DNA from: Octopus bimaculoides
Taxonomy: Eukaryota
DNA length: 46,338 bases
Assembly (NCBI RefSeq): GCF_001194135.2
Contig: NC_069004.1
Location: forward strand, 22,950,699-22,997,036
Direction of reading: 5' to 3'
Positions 24,740 through 35,959 of the stretch are shown one piece after another. The translations under genes and the position numbers were made by a program. Position 1 is the stretch's first letter; each line of letters starts with the position of its first letter. Under the pieces are notes generated by a model. The model saw only the letters and a list, made by a program, of their open reading frames with translations. It did no database searches and was not told the origin of the DNA.

Positions 24740-25180
24740 TTTTGGTACATGACCAGCGGTTTTAGTGGTTGGGACAAGTCGGTTACATTGACCTCAATAC
24801 TTAAAAGGTGCTTGTTTTATTGAGGCCTGAAAAGATGAAAGGCAAAGTAGACCTCAGCAGAATTTGAACTCAGAAAGTAAAAAGCCAGAAGAAATGCCAC
24901 TTAGTTTTTTTTGTCTGCCAACTCACCACTTTGCAACAGACTAATAATGATTTTAAATTTTAGCACAAGGCCAGCAAATTCAGAGGGTGGGGATGGGGGA
25001 GGTAAAGTTGATTACATTCACCCCCAGTATTCAACTGGTACTTATTTTATTGACCCCCAAAGGGATGAAAGGCAAAATCAACCTTGGCAGAATGTGAACT
25101 CAGAACATAAAGCTGGATGAAATACTGCTAAGCATTTTGCCTGGCATGCTAACGATTCTGCCAGCTCACCGCTATGCCAT
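24740..25180 (-). mobile_element. Two tandem SINE family B copies
   Basis: gaaaggcaaagtagacctcagcagaatttgaactcag and gaaaggcaaaatcaaccttggcagaatgtgaactcag blocks. Confidence 0.8.
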
Positions 25181-25869
25181 AGACTAATGATAAATGCCTG
25201 TGTTATCTTCAGTGCATCATCCATCTCTAAGAAAGATGAACTTTAGTTTTGTTTCTTTTTTCTGATACCCAGTGATGAAAACATTCAAAGGTAAACTGAG
25301 ATTTGATCTTTAAAAAGTTTAATATACTCCATTGAATAGTGTAGGCACAGGCATGGTTGTGTGAAAAGGAGCTTGTTTCCCAACCGCATGGTTCTGGGCT
25401 CAGTTCCACTGCATGACATTTTGAGCAAGTGTCTTTTAGTAAAGCCCTGGGCTGACCAAAGCCTTGTGAGTGGATTTGGTAGATGGAAACTGAAAGAAGC
25501 CTGTTGTATATATATATCTATAAAACATAATTATTTTATTCTACACAGGTAGAAATATAGAAAAAAGATGTTGAAAACACACTGGGATTCATTCAGATTT
25601 TTTATTTTAAAATTAAGACTTAACCAATTTCATAGATTTCTCTGATTTTCAAAAGTTGAGAAATCAGAGAAATTTGTGAAACTGGTTAAGTTTATAAAAA
25701 TTTTAAATAAAAACCTAAACGAATTCCAGTGCATTTTCAAATCCTTTTATATACATACACACATACATACATATATATGTACGTATGTATTTATGTGTTT
25801 ATATGTGTGTGTGTGTGTGTGTTTGTGTTTGTCCCACGGTCAATGCTTCACAACTGATGTTGATGTGTT

Positions 25870-26234
25870 TGTGGTGTTAAGAGCCAGGCTGTGTTGGAGG
25901 GAAAAACCGGAAGTGAGGGAGTACACATGTCCTGTCGGAAGTGGGGCTTGTGGGTCCCACCAGAAGGGCTGCAGTGGGCATTCGTGGTCGGCAAAACATG
26001 AGTGGTCAGTTGGCATTGGACAGCACACAAGAGTAGACCTGTTAGATGGTACAGCAGCAGACAGAGCACATTGACATTGTAAGTGACCCCTTCCACGTAG
26101 ACAGACGGTACGGCAGCAGACAGACGGTACGGCAGCAGACAGAGTACGTGGACATTGTGAGCAACCCCTTCCAGATAGACAGGTAAGACCACTGTAATTC
26201 TCCCTCTACTTCTGTCTTTTCCTCCTTCACATCA
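25870..26234 (+). repeat. 5' LTR (365 bp)
   Basis: TGTGGTGTTAAGAGCC...CCTCCTTCACATCA; aligns to 29756-30083; carries a local duplication of agacggtacggcagcag. Confidence 0.92.
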
Positions 26235-26278
26235 CAAGCTATTTCGGCTCAAAAAAAATAAAAAAGAAGAAAAGAAAA

Positions 26279-26960
26279 ATGATGGGTATGGTCTGCATTT
26301 TGAATGAGATGGTAGGCCATTTTGCGGCGAGGGAGATGTCGCCGTTTGGTTGAAAAAAATTAAGTTGGTGGCAAAACTCCACAGTATAGATGACCAAGTG
26401 AATTTCATACCATTGTACCTTGATGGATCAGCGTTGGCGCTATACCTGGAAATGGAGAAGGACCAGTTAAGTGCAGAAAAAATAGAAGGACATATGGGAC
26501 ATATGGTCGACTGGGGAAAGCAAAGTGGACGGGTGAACAGGTCGATGTGTTTACCAACAAAATCAGGAGATTGGCCAAACTTACAGGATACAAGGACGAA
26601 GCACTGGAACAAACAGTCAAATTAGCATTTGTGACTGGATTTCCTGACCACATGTCGGTCGAACTGCAAAAGCTGCTGAGTAGTCACTCCATGGTGATGG
26701 GGGAGGTAATATCTCAGGCCAGGGACCTCATTTCGTGTTACAGGATGACACCACTAGCAGTGACTGCAACTACGAGAAGAGGTCAAACAAACAGTGGTGG
26801 AGAGGGGTTAAACAAGGCACATGTGTGACCCCTCGAAGGGCAATGTTTTCAGTGTCAGGGTTCGCACATGGTGACAGACTGCAAGGAACCCAAGCCTGGA
26901 GTAATTTGCTATCAGGCCACATCACTAGTGAATGCATTCAGGGAAACAGTTTAAGGGAGA
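26279..26960 (+). pseudogene. Gypsy gag remnant with two zinc knuckles
   Basis: PFCGEGDVAVWLKKIKLVAKL...FIPLYLDGSALALYLEM, AFVTGFPD; knuckles CFQCQGSHMVTDC and a broken CYQ..GHITSEC; frameshifted. Confidence 0.8.
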
Positions 26961-29500
26961 CTACTGCACCGGTAGTCGTCCCGTTGAAAGAATAGAGGTG
27001 CATATACAGTTGTTGTCAGTAGTGGACGTCGTGGTGGAGGGAAAGGTATCACGAGCCCTCGTGGACATGGGCTGCTCAACAACCCTAATGATTCTGGAAG
27101 TGGTAGAAGAATGGAGTCGAGTGACTAGTGTAAGGGCTGTTGAAGGTACAGAAGTTGAATGCAGAGGAAGTTGCGATGTGGAGATGGTGGTACGAGGAAC
27201 AAGATTGAAGTTGCGTGCAATTGTGATCAACCATGTGGTGGATGGAATCGATGTGGTGATGGAGAGGGACGCCATTGTCCGTTTAGGAGGTGTTGTGGTC
27301 AATGAAGCCAGTGTAATGTTCGGTGATACAGGGGCGCTATACGTCATGAGTCTGTAACAGGCGTTGGTGAGAGCTGCAAAGAAAAATATGTTGCATGCAC
27401 CATTACAGACAAGGATTTGGGGGTTGTGTTCGATGGCTGGCAGTGGACAGTAGAATGGTACTGGAAGGGAGATCTTCCGATGTTGAAAAATGCAGTAGGC
27501 TGCTATCAGCATACCCTGAAAGCGAATTCAAGGGAGAGGTGGAATTTTGGATCAAGGAAGGAATTCTGATCCCTTGGAAGGAGGGAGTGGAGAGTGGAGT
27601 GCTACCACTGATGGCAATGGTGCAGCTGACGAAGCATAAAGTCAGGCTGGTATTAGATTTCCAGGAGCTGAACGACTACATATTGTGCCATACAGGTGGT
27701 GTAGCCATAGACGTTTGCAGCAAAACCCTGAGAGAGTGGAGGCAGATGATAGGGGCCTCCACAATCGTCATTCTGAAGTCAGCATACCTGCAGCTGCATG
27801 TGGCTGAGAGACTAGTAAGGTACAAGGGTTGGACATACTGCCTGACCAGGTTGGGATTCGGGCTGAATTCAGCACCAAAGATTATGACAATGATTCTCAA
27901 AACCATCTTATCTTGGGAAAGGTGGACAAAGTGAAACGAGCAACCAATTCTTATATTGACAACATCCTGGTGGACGAGAGCATAGTGTCAGCAAAGGAGG
28001 TCATAAGCCAGATGAAGAGTTTCGGGCTAACTGCCAAACTGCCAGAGGCAATGGAAGGAGGAGCTGCACTGGGACTCGAGCTACAGAGAGACAAGGCAGG
28101 CACGTTAGTGTTTCAGAGAGGGAAGATGCCAGTACGAGTAGGTGAGAACTGTTTTCTGTGTGTGGGAAGCTGCTGGGACACAACCCAATTGCAGGATGGC
28201 TTCAGACAGCATGCAGCTTCATCAAGAGGCGAGCTGAAGGAGTGAGATGGAGTGACAAATGGGCAAGAAATCTTAGAGAGAGTGACTGTGGAGGACCAGT
28301 AAGAGTCCTGGAAATTGGAGGTGTTGTGGTGGAGGATGCAGCCTGGCTCAGGAAGAAGGACGACTGCAACCATATCAACATGGTGGAGCTGGATGCTGTG
28401 TTGAAGGGGATGAACCTGGCCCTGAGGTAGGGGCTATGTACCATCGAGATCCAGACCGATTTGGCCACTTAAGTGCAGTGGGATGGGTAGGATCAGTGGT
28501 CACCAGCGAACGGAGGGTGTGAACCAAAGGGGGTGCAGAGATGCTGATAAGACACTGTTTGGGAATTCTGGGCAAGCTAGCTACTGAGGCTGAGTGTGGT
28601 TTTTGTGCCCTTTGAGAGGAACAGAGTGGATGTCCTGACCAGAATAAAGAAAGTCTGGTTGCAGGTGGCGGAAGATCTGAAGCAAGTGACTGCAGTGTGT
28701 CGACTGAGTGACTCAGAGCTGAGGAGACTGCATACTATGCATCATATGGGGGTGGACTGGACCCTGTTCCTAGCCAGGAAAGTTGAGCCTGATGTAACCA
28801 GGCAGAGTGTGCAGAGAGTAGTTGGGAGCTGCAACAGGGGCCAGTCCATTGACCCCACTCTGAGTGTGCAGGAGGCAGGAAGCATTCCAGTGGAACACAA
28901 TCGGAAACAACTGGCAGTGGACGTGACACACTACTGGCAGGGGACATACCTCTTGATGGTCAACTGCGGACCAGGGCGGTTGGCCATATGGAGGGAGATG
29001 AAGATGGGTGGGGGGCTGCAGAGGAAATCACAAGAATGCTAAATGGGGTATTCCTAGAACGAGGCCCCGTGGATGAGCTGCTTGTGGACAATGGCACTGT
29101 GTTTCACTCGGAGATGCTGGGGGAAATGCTTGACAAGTGGCATGTCAGCCGTTTCTTCAGGGCAGCATACTGGCCAAGTGGCAATGGGGTTGTGGAGAGG
29201 CATCATTGCACCATCAAGACCATAGCAGAGAGGGGCCACATCTCACCGGTCAAGGCCGTTTTTTGGTATAATATGTCACCCAGGTCAGGACAGACTAAGG
29301 AGTCGGTGCCGCACAGGGCAATATTCAAGTACGAGTGGAGACATCCATGTACTGCATTGCCACAACCCACAGAAGAGAAAGAACATGCCTTTGCGCAGGT
29401 CAGGGAAGACGTCTGGGTTAAACCCCCCAAATGCACAATGCACAATGGGGAAAGGGGACAATAACCTCTGTAAATTCGAGGAACAATATGTCCATAGATG
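26960..29500 (+). pseudogene. Gypsy pol remnant (protease, RT, RNase H, integrase)
   Basis: ALVDMGCSTTL (aspartic protease D-T/S-G-like), VRLVLDFQELN, LKSAYLQ, CLTRLGFGLNSAP, SYIDNILV (YxDD decayed), NMVELDAV, HHMG..CNRG, LAVDVTHY, LLVDNGTVF, GNGVVERHH; several frameshifts and stops. Confidence 0.88.
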
Positions 29501-29755
29501 GCATGCCACGTCATGTTTTGAATGTGCGCAGGATCATCAATGCATTGGAGATAGAGCCAATAGTAATGGACAAGAGGACGAAGCTGGCAGCAACATGCCA
29601 GGGACTGAGGCCAGTCCTGAAGTCCCACAGCGGTTGCAGAGGGAGCGGTGCCCTCCTCACTGGTTGACTGATTATGAGACAAGGTGTGTGGTCAGGGTTG
29701 AGGAGAGGATGTGGGCAGGCTGGTTGAATGATCATCAGATCAGGGGTGGGGAGCG

Positions 29756-30083
29756 TGTAGTGTTTGAGCCAAGCTGTGTTGGAAGGAAAGACCGGAAGTG
29801 AGGGAGCATGCATGTCCTGTCGGAAGTGGGGCCTGCGGGTCCCACCAGAAGGGCTGTGGGGGTCAGCAAGGTGAGAGCAGTCAGTTGGTAGTGTATGAGA
29901 GTAGACCTGTTAGATGGTATGACAGCAGACAGAGCACATGGACGTTGTAAGTGACCCCTTCCAGATAGACAGACAATACGGCAGCAGACAAAACATGTGG
30001 ACGTTGTAAGTGACCCCTTCCAGATAGACAGGTATGACCACAGTAATTCTCCCTCTACTTCTTTCTTTTCCTCCTTCACATCA
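29756..30083 (+). repeat. 3' LTR (328 bp)
   Basis: TGTAGTGTTTGAGCC...CCTCCTTCACATCA, preceded by a purine tract and followed by the TSD. Confidence 0.92.
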
Positions 30084-31139
30084 GTGTTTACTCGTAACTT
30101 AGCAGTTTCGCAAAAGAGATTGAGAGAATAAGTATTGTGCTTGAATAACAACAAGTATGAGGCAGGTAGTGGGGAGTGAATTTTTTGACTCAACCCTTCT
30201 AGGCAGTGCCCCAGCATGGACATAGTCTAATGACTGAAACAAGTAGAAGATAAAATATAAAAGATAATAGTTACTTGCTTCTGAATTAACATGTAACTGG
30301 CTGAGTATTCCAAAGATACACTTAGTGTAACTCTCAGGTAGAATCAGCATAACATAGTGTGTGATATGGCTGTACCTTTTGAATTACAGGTACATAGTAT
30401 GGCCAAATGGTTAATCAGTTTGCTTTGCAACCACAAGGTCTTATGTTCAATCCCACCATGTGGCACTAAAAGCAAATGTCATTTTTTTATAGCCTGAGGT
30501 ATAGCCATAGCTAATAAGTAAAACTGGGGAGATGGAAACTGTATGGAAGCCCCATGGATGGACTGTACTTATAATTTAAAAAGTGCAGCCGTGTCACATT
30601 GTGTCATGTTTTTGATGTTATTTAAATAAATACAAAAATTAGACCCCTATTTTAGTAACAAAAACCACTCCCATTCTCAACCCTACACTCCTCTTCATCT
30701 AATAAGATACTGACAATATTCAGTAATTCTTCAACTTGTGAATCCATACGTAACCTGAAAGAACAGTTCTGATATGAACTGTCGGATAAAACTCCTTACA
30801 GAATGCAGTGTAGTTCTAGATAATCTTTAAAAATAACAGGATGGTCATGGCAGGAGTGCCTTTAATCCGAATATACTTTTAATCAGGGTTAAGTTTCTGT
30901 TATGACTTACTAACAACTCAAAAGAAATAATAGTTTATAAAACTACACTGACTAGGGTATATTATTATTTTCACTGTCACCTCATCATCATCATCACCTT
31001 CATCATTATCATCATCATTCTTATCATCACCATCATCATCATCCTTATCATCATCATCATTTTGCATTTGTTTTACTGAGGGTTTGATGGGTTTTACAGT
31101 GTCTTCTTATTCATCACAGTCAGCATCCTCTGGCACATA

Positions 31140-31720
31140 ATAATGTTCATCCATTGTTGTCAACAACGAACAAGAACATCACACGGGAGAAGAAGATGGG
31201 ACACGGTGTGTTCAGCTATGGCCAATCAATCCAATACATGCTCAGAAGGTTCTACTGCAGGTCAAGCACTGGTGGTCTGCTGGGAATTAAGGCAGGGAGT
31301 TGGCTCTGGACCTGCACAGTTCACGTTTTCTTTGTGCTCCTGTGATCCTTTTTCTATCAGTGGGAGGTGGCACCTCTGTTGGTGCAGCTGTGCCAGGCAG
31401 GGTATTCCTGTGCCTGCATTTCCCAGATGTCGGGGGTAGATCTGAAAGCACTTCAGTGAGGCTCTGAGTGTATCTTCAAAGTGCTTTCTCTGCCCACCTT
31501 GTGTGTGCTTGCCTTCTGCCAATTCACTGTCGAGCACAAACAGCAGCAGAGAAACCAGCCAACTTTGCAGTTATGTTATGTCCTTCAGAGTGCATTATGT
31601 GCATTTGGTTGTGCCATCAGCACTGGAAAGATTGTCCTATGTAAGCGGACAAAAGAATTTTCACTACTCTGTGTCAGAGGGTAGTAACTGGAAATGTTAC
31701 TTCCCTCCTAAGTAAGTTGT
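31140..31720 (-). mobile_element. RTE/BovB-like LINE 3' fragment
   Basis: SELAEGKHTQGGQRKHFEDTLRASLK, and LTCSRTF*ACIGLIGHS*THR near 31200-31265. Confidence 0.8.
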
Positions 31721-32367
31721 CTATTAATACAGCTTTCAGAGTTCCCTGGAGTGTCATAAGCAGTTGGTTTTTTAATGCTGCGGTCAACTGCAGTGCTTCA
31801 CAATAATGTTGTTATTGAGAGGAGGAGTGCGGGAAGGTGGAGAATTTAAACTGAGGATACAAAGACCTACAAGAGACTGCAAAGCACTTATACGGTGCTC
31901 TAAGATTTCCAACAGTTCCATCATCCAACCAACTGACCGGGAATGATAGGGGTTTTTTTGTGGGGTTGGTTATTGGCCCTGAAAGGACGAAAAATAAAGT
32001 TGACCTTAGCTGGATTTGAATACAAAGTAAAACAAACTGGAAGAAGGTGGTAAAAGATTATTAAGGTGAAATATAATAGTCTAATGACTGTTAATTTACT
32101 GTGTTACGTTGAACAGAGCACATCGGAAGAGGGTAACACAAGGAAATAAAATGGTCCATGTAGTTCCTGATATAAGAAAAAGAGACTATTGGTGATACCA
32201 GGGTTGATTTGGGGGCCAAATAGCAACATACTTTGCTCTCCATACCCTACAGCCACCCATTGCAACATTAGAAGTGTAAGAATTAACAACAAATATCTTT
32301 GCTGCTACTGTTATTGTTTTTGCTTATTGTGTGATTGTGTGTGTGTCATCTTCTCTTTCTCTTTCAG

Positions 32368-32758
32368 TGTCCGTTGCCAGCGACCAAGCATTTGTCCAGT
32401 ACAAAATATCGAGTGCCTCACATCACCCTTGTCACTCTCTTACAACTTCATGACCTTCCCATCCAAAATAAAGGTGCCTACAACGCTGTTCACAATCTCC
32501 GGACGAATCTTGCCGTCGAGGTATTTCCGCTTCAGCCTTAAGCTCCAAGATGCCAGTCCGCAGCTTGGTGGTGTGACCAAGATCAGTCAACAGTATTTCC
32601 ATTTGAACTACACCACCAATTCGGCGGCCCTTGAACTCCTTCGACGGATACCTGGGCCACAGGACATAAAGATCCAACTGACTATGGACATGTACAGTTC
32701 TGACAAGCACCAACTAATTGGTCAAGCCGTGTCAAAATTGTTCCTTTATGTAACCTAA
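32368..32758 (+). CDS. FBLN1-like: Fibulin-1/2-like gene, terminal exon: fibulin C-terminal (domain III) module
   Basis: Pyrimidine-rich acceptor ttctctttctctttcAG at 32366-32367. The phase matches the upstream exon (AG+T = Ser). Reads VRCQRPSICPVQNIECLTSPLSLSYNFMTFPSKIKVPTTLFTISG...ELLRRIPGPQDIKIQLTMDMY...AVSKLFLYVT, stop TAA 32756-32758. SYxxxxFP, PGPxDxxxxxxM and KLFxxV resemble fibulin C-terminal motifs as I recall them. Confidence 0.92.
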
Positions 32759-32993
32759 ACAGTCATTTCAGCTAACTTTTCAATATTTGTACATTTTTTT
32801 TTAATATATTCTCTGTCAGTTTCTCCACCTCCTTTTCCTCCTCCTCCTCCACCTCTCCTCCTCATCCTCCACCTTTCATAAACCTCCTTTTTAACTTTCT
32901 CAAGATTTAAAATTTTTCATTTCAATATTTTTTTTTTGTATTATATTTCAAATCTCACCCAGATTAACTTTGCTTTTCATCCTTCTTGGAGTC

Positions 32994-33004
32994 AATAAAA
33001 TAAA
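32994..33004 (+). promoter_or_regulatory. Candidate polyadenylation signals (two overlapping AATAAA) of the fibulin gene, inside a SINE copy
   Basis: gtcAATAAAATAAAgtacc; first AATAAA after the stop codon (about 236 nt downstream). Use in vivo not shown. Confidence 0.4.
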
Positions 33005-33322
33005 GTACCAGTCTTATACTGGGGTTGATGTAATCGACTGTTCCCCACCTTCCGCTGAAATGCTGGTCTTGTGCCTATGTAAAAAAAATTCTCATTATTA
33101 TTATTATTATTGTTATTATTTGGCAAAATTGTTAGCATGCCAGACGAAATGCTTGGCAGCATTTCGTTTGTCTATTTACATTCTGAGTTCAAATTCTGCC
33201 AAGGTCCACTTTGCTTTCATCCTTTCAAGGTTGATAAAATAAGTACCAGTTGACCATTGGAGCCATTCTAATTGACTTATTCCCTCCCCCGAAATTTCTG
33301 GCCTTGTGTCAAAATTTGAAAT

Positions 33323-33388
<66 letters not shown>

Positions 33389-33403
33389 TACTACTTCTAC
33401 TAC

Positions 33404-33450
<47 letters not shown>

Positions 33451-33894
33451 GTGTTACTGCTGCTGTTATTATATCCTTCTGCAGTTGATAAAATAAAGTA
33501 CCAGTCAAGTTCTGGGGTTGAAAGTATCAACTACACCCTCCCCTCAAAATTGTTGGCCTTGTGCTTGAATTAGAAAGAATTATTATCATTGTTATTATCA
33601 TTATTATCATTATCATCATCATTATTATTATTATTATTATTATTATTAAAGCGGTGAGCTGGCAGAATCATTAGCATGCTGCACCAAATCAAAATACTTA
33701 GCAGCGTTTCTTCCATCTTTACATTCTGAGTTCAATTTCCATTGAGGTTGACTTTGCCCTTCATCCTTTTTGGGGGACAATAAAAGAATAAAACAAGAAC
33801 CAGTTAATTATTGGTATCAAAGTAATCAATTAGTGGCCTCTGCCCAAATTTCAGCCCTTGTGCCTATTGTAGAAAAGATTATTATTATTATTAT

Positions 33895-34195
33895 TTTATG
33901 TTTGACTTTTGTTTTGCTTTTGTACAAGTTGGATCCAAGTCTCACCCAGAGACCTCAAGAGACAACAAGTTAGAAGTTCGTGTAGGTGTTATGCCTAGGG
34001 TACCATATATTTGGATTTGTACAGTTTTGTTCAAGTGAATGTTTAAGAAACCATAAGAAAATTATGTGTTTGCTTTAAAATTTGAGATCACATAGACAGT
34101 ATTTTACGTAGGATATGGGCAATTCCCATGAGCACTATCTTTTGAACTTCAGCCATTTTGGGGTTTCCTGGTATCTGAGCTAGGTAGGAATCAGC
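33895..34195 (-). mobile_element. R4/Dong-like 3' end
   Basis: Minus strand ADSYLAQIPGNPKMAEVQKIVLMGIAHILRKILSM* plus UTR; ATT arrays on both sides. Not in the ORF track. Confidence 0.78.
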
Positions 34196-34217
34196 TTATT
34201 ATTATTATTATTATTAT

Positions 34218-34255
<38 letters not shown>

Positions 34256-34680
34256 AGGCAGTGAGCTGGCAGAATCCTTATTGTACTGGATGAAATGCTG
34301 AGCAGTATTTCACTTGTTTGCTATGCTCTGAGTTCAAATTCCCCCAAGGTCAACTTTGCCTTTCATCCTTTTGGGGTGGAGTTCGATAAATTAAGTACCA
34401 GTGAACAACTGGGGTCGATGTAATCAACTAGTCCCCTCCCCTCAAATTTCAGGCCTTGTGCTTATAGTAGAAAGGATTATTATTATTATTGTTGTTCTTG
34501 TTGTTGTTGCTCTTATAGATTTTTATTCCAAATATCATGTCGCTGAGTTCAAGATCTTGTTGATGTCATCTTTGTCTTTTATCCTCCTGGGGCCAATGAC
34601 TTAAATAGATGTCAATCACTGGGATCAATTTAATCAAAATTTGTGGTCTTACGCCTTATGTTAGAAATCATTATTATTAT

Positions 34681-34724
<44 letters not shown>

Positions 34725-35959
34725 AGTCATATATTTGATTATTCCTCTCCACCAAATTTGTGGCCTTCTGGTTCTTTTGCATTTTCCCCTTGTACTATCC
34801 CCCAAAATACTGAGCCCTTATAACCAATAAAATAAATCATCATCATTGTCATCATTATTATTTGTTATTATTATTATTATCATTATCATTATCACTACTA
34901 CTACTACTTCTACTACTACTACTACTTCTACTACTACTACTAGTTTTATTATTGTTGTTGTTAATATTCGGGTGACAAGCTGGCAGAATTGTTAGCATGC
35001 TGGGCTAAATGCTTGGAGGCATTTCATCAATCTTTGCATTCTGAGTTCAAATTCTGCCAGGCTTAACTTTATCTTTCGTCCTTTCAGGGTCAATAAATGA
35101 AGTACCAGTGACACACTGAGGTCGATATAATCGGCTAGTCCCCTCCACCCAAATTTCAGGCCTTTAGTAGAATAGATTATTATTATTATTATTAAGGCAG
35201 CAAACTAACAGAACCATTAGCATACCAAGTGAAATGCTTGGCAGCATTTCATCCATCTTTACGTTCTGAGTTCAAGTTCTGCTAAGGTCCACTTTGCCTT
35301 TCATCCTTTCAGGGTTGATAAAATAAGTACCAGTCGAGCACAGGAGTCGATGTAATCGACTTACTCCCACCCCCAAAACCATTAGCATGCTGGGCAAAAT
35401 GCTTAGCAGCATTCCATCTGTTCTTATGTTTTGAGTTCAAATTCCACTGAGGTCGACTGTGCCTTTCATCCTTTTGCATTTGATGAAATAAGTTTTAGGT
35501 AAGCACTAGGATCAATGTAATCAACCAGCCCCCCTCCTGCAAAATTTCAGGCCTTGTGCTTTATAGTAGAAAGGATTATTATTGTTTTTCATTGTATGCA
35601 CAATTTTGTGTTAAGCTCCAACTGTCCCTTGTTTTTGTAATATCTTTTTCATTTTGTGTCCGGCCCTTGTGATCAATAAAGAAAAGATTATTATTATTTT
35701 TATAATTATTATTATTACTATTAAGGTGGTGAGCTGGCAGAATCGTTAGCACACCAGGTGAAATGCTTAGCGGTATGTCACCTGTTGCTACATTCTGAGT
35801 TCAACTTCCACCAAGGTCAACTTTGCCTTTCATCGTTTTCGGGTCAACGAAATAAGTAACAGTTACACACTGGGGTCAATGTAATTGACTAGCCCCCGCC
35901 CCTTCTCCAAAAAAACATTTTGAAGGCCTTGTGCCTATAATAGAAAGGATTATTATTAT

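Larger units (their letters stand above)
25870..30083 (+). mobile_element. Complete, decayed Ty3/Gypsy LTR retrotransposon (4214 bp)
   Basis: LTRs 25870-26234 and 29756-30083 with TG...CA ends; GTGTT TSD at 25865-25869 and 30084-30088; PPT-like caggggtggggagcg at 29741-29755; domain order gag-PR-RT-RH-IN. Confidence 0.93.
25800..30260 (+). mobile_element. SINE family A copy split by the Gypsy insertion (about 25800-25869 plus 30084-30260)
   Basis: Joining the flanks gives caactgatgttgatgtgtt|tactcgtaacttagcagtttcgcaaaagag, collinear with the intact SINE at 15113-15160. Confidence 0.85.

Noticed and set aside
26042-30350. Minus-strand ORFs up to 183 aa over the Gypsy element
   Set aside because: Antisense shadows of the GC-richer gag-pol and LTR sequence; no motifs.
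32748-32758. Possible donor TAT|GTAACC that would extend the fibulin C-terminus
   Set aside because: Weak exon-side context; the in-frame TAA gives an end similar in length to fibulin-1C, and no matching downstream exon was seen.
5595-33573. ORFs with poly-Y, poly-I, poly-T, poly-L, poly-G or CV/HT repeats
   Set aside because: Translations of AAT, ACT, GGT, CA and TA microsatellites.
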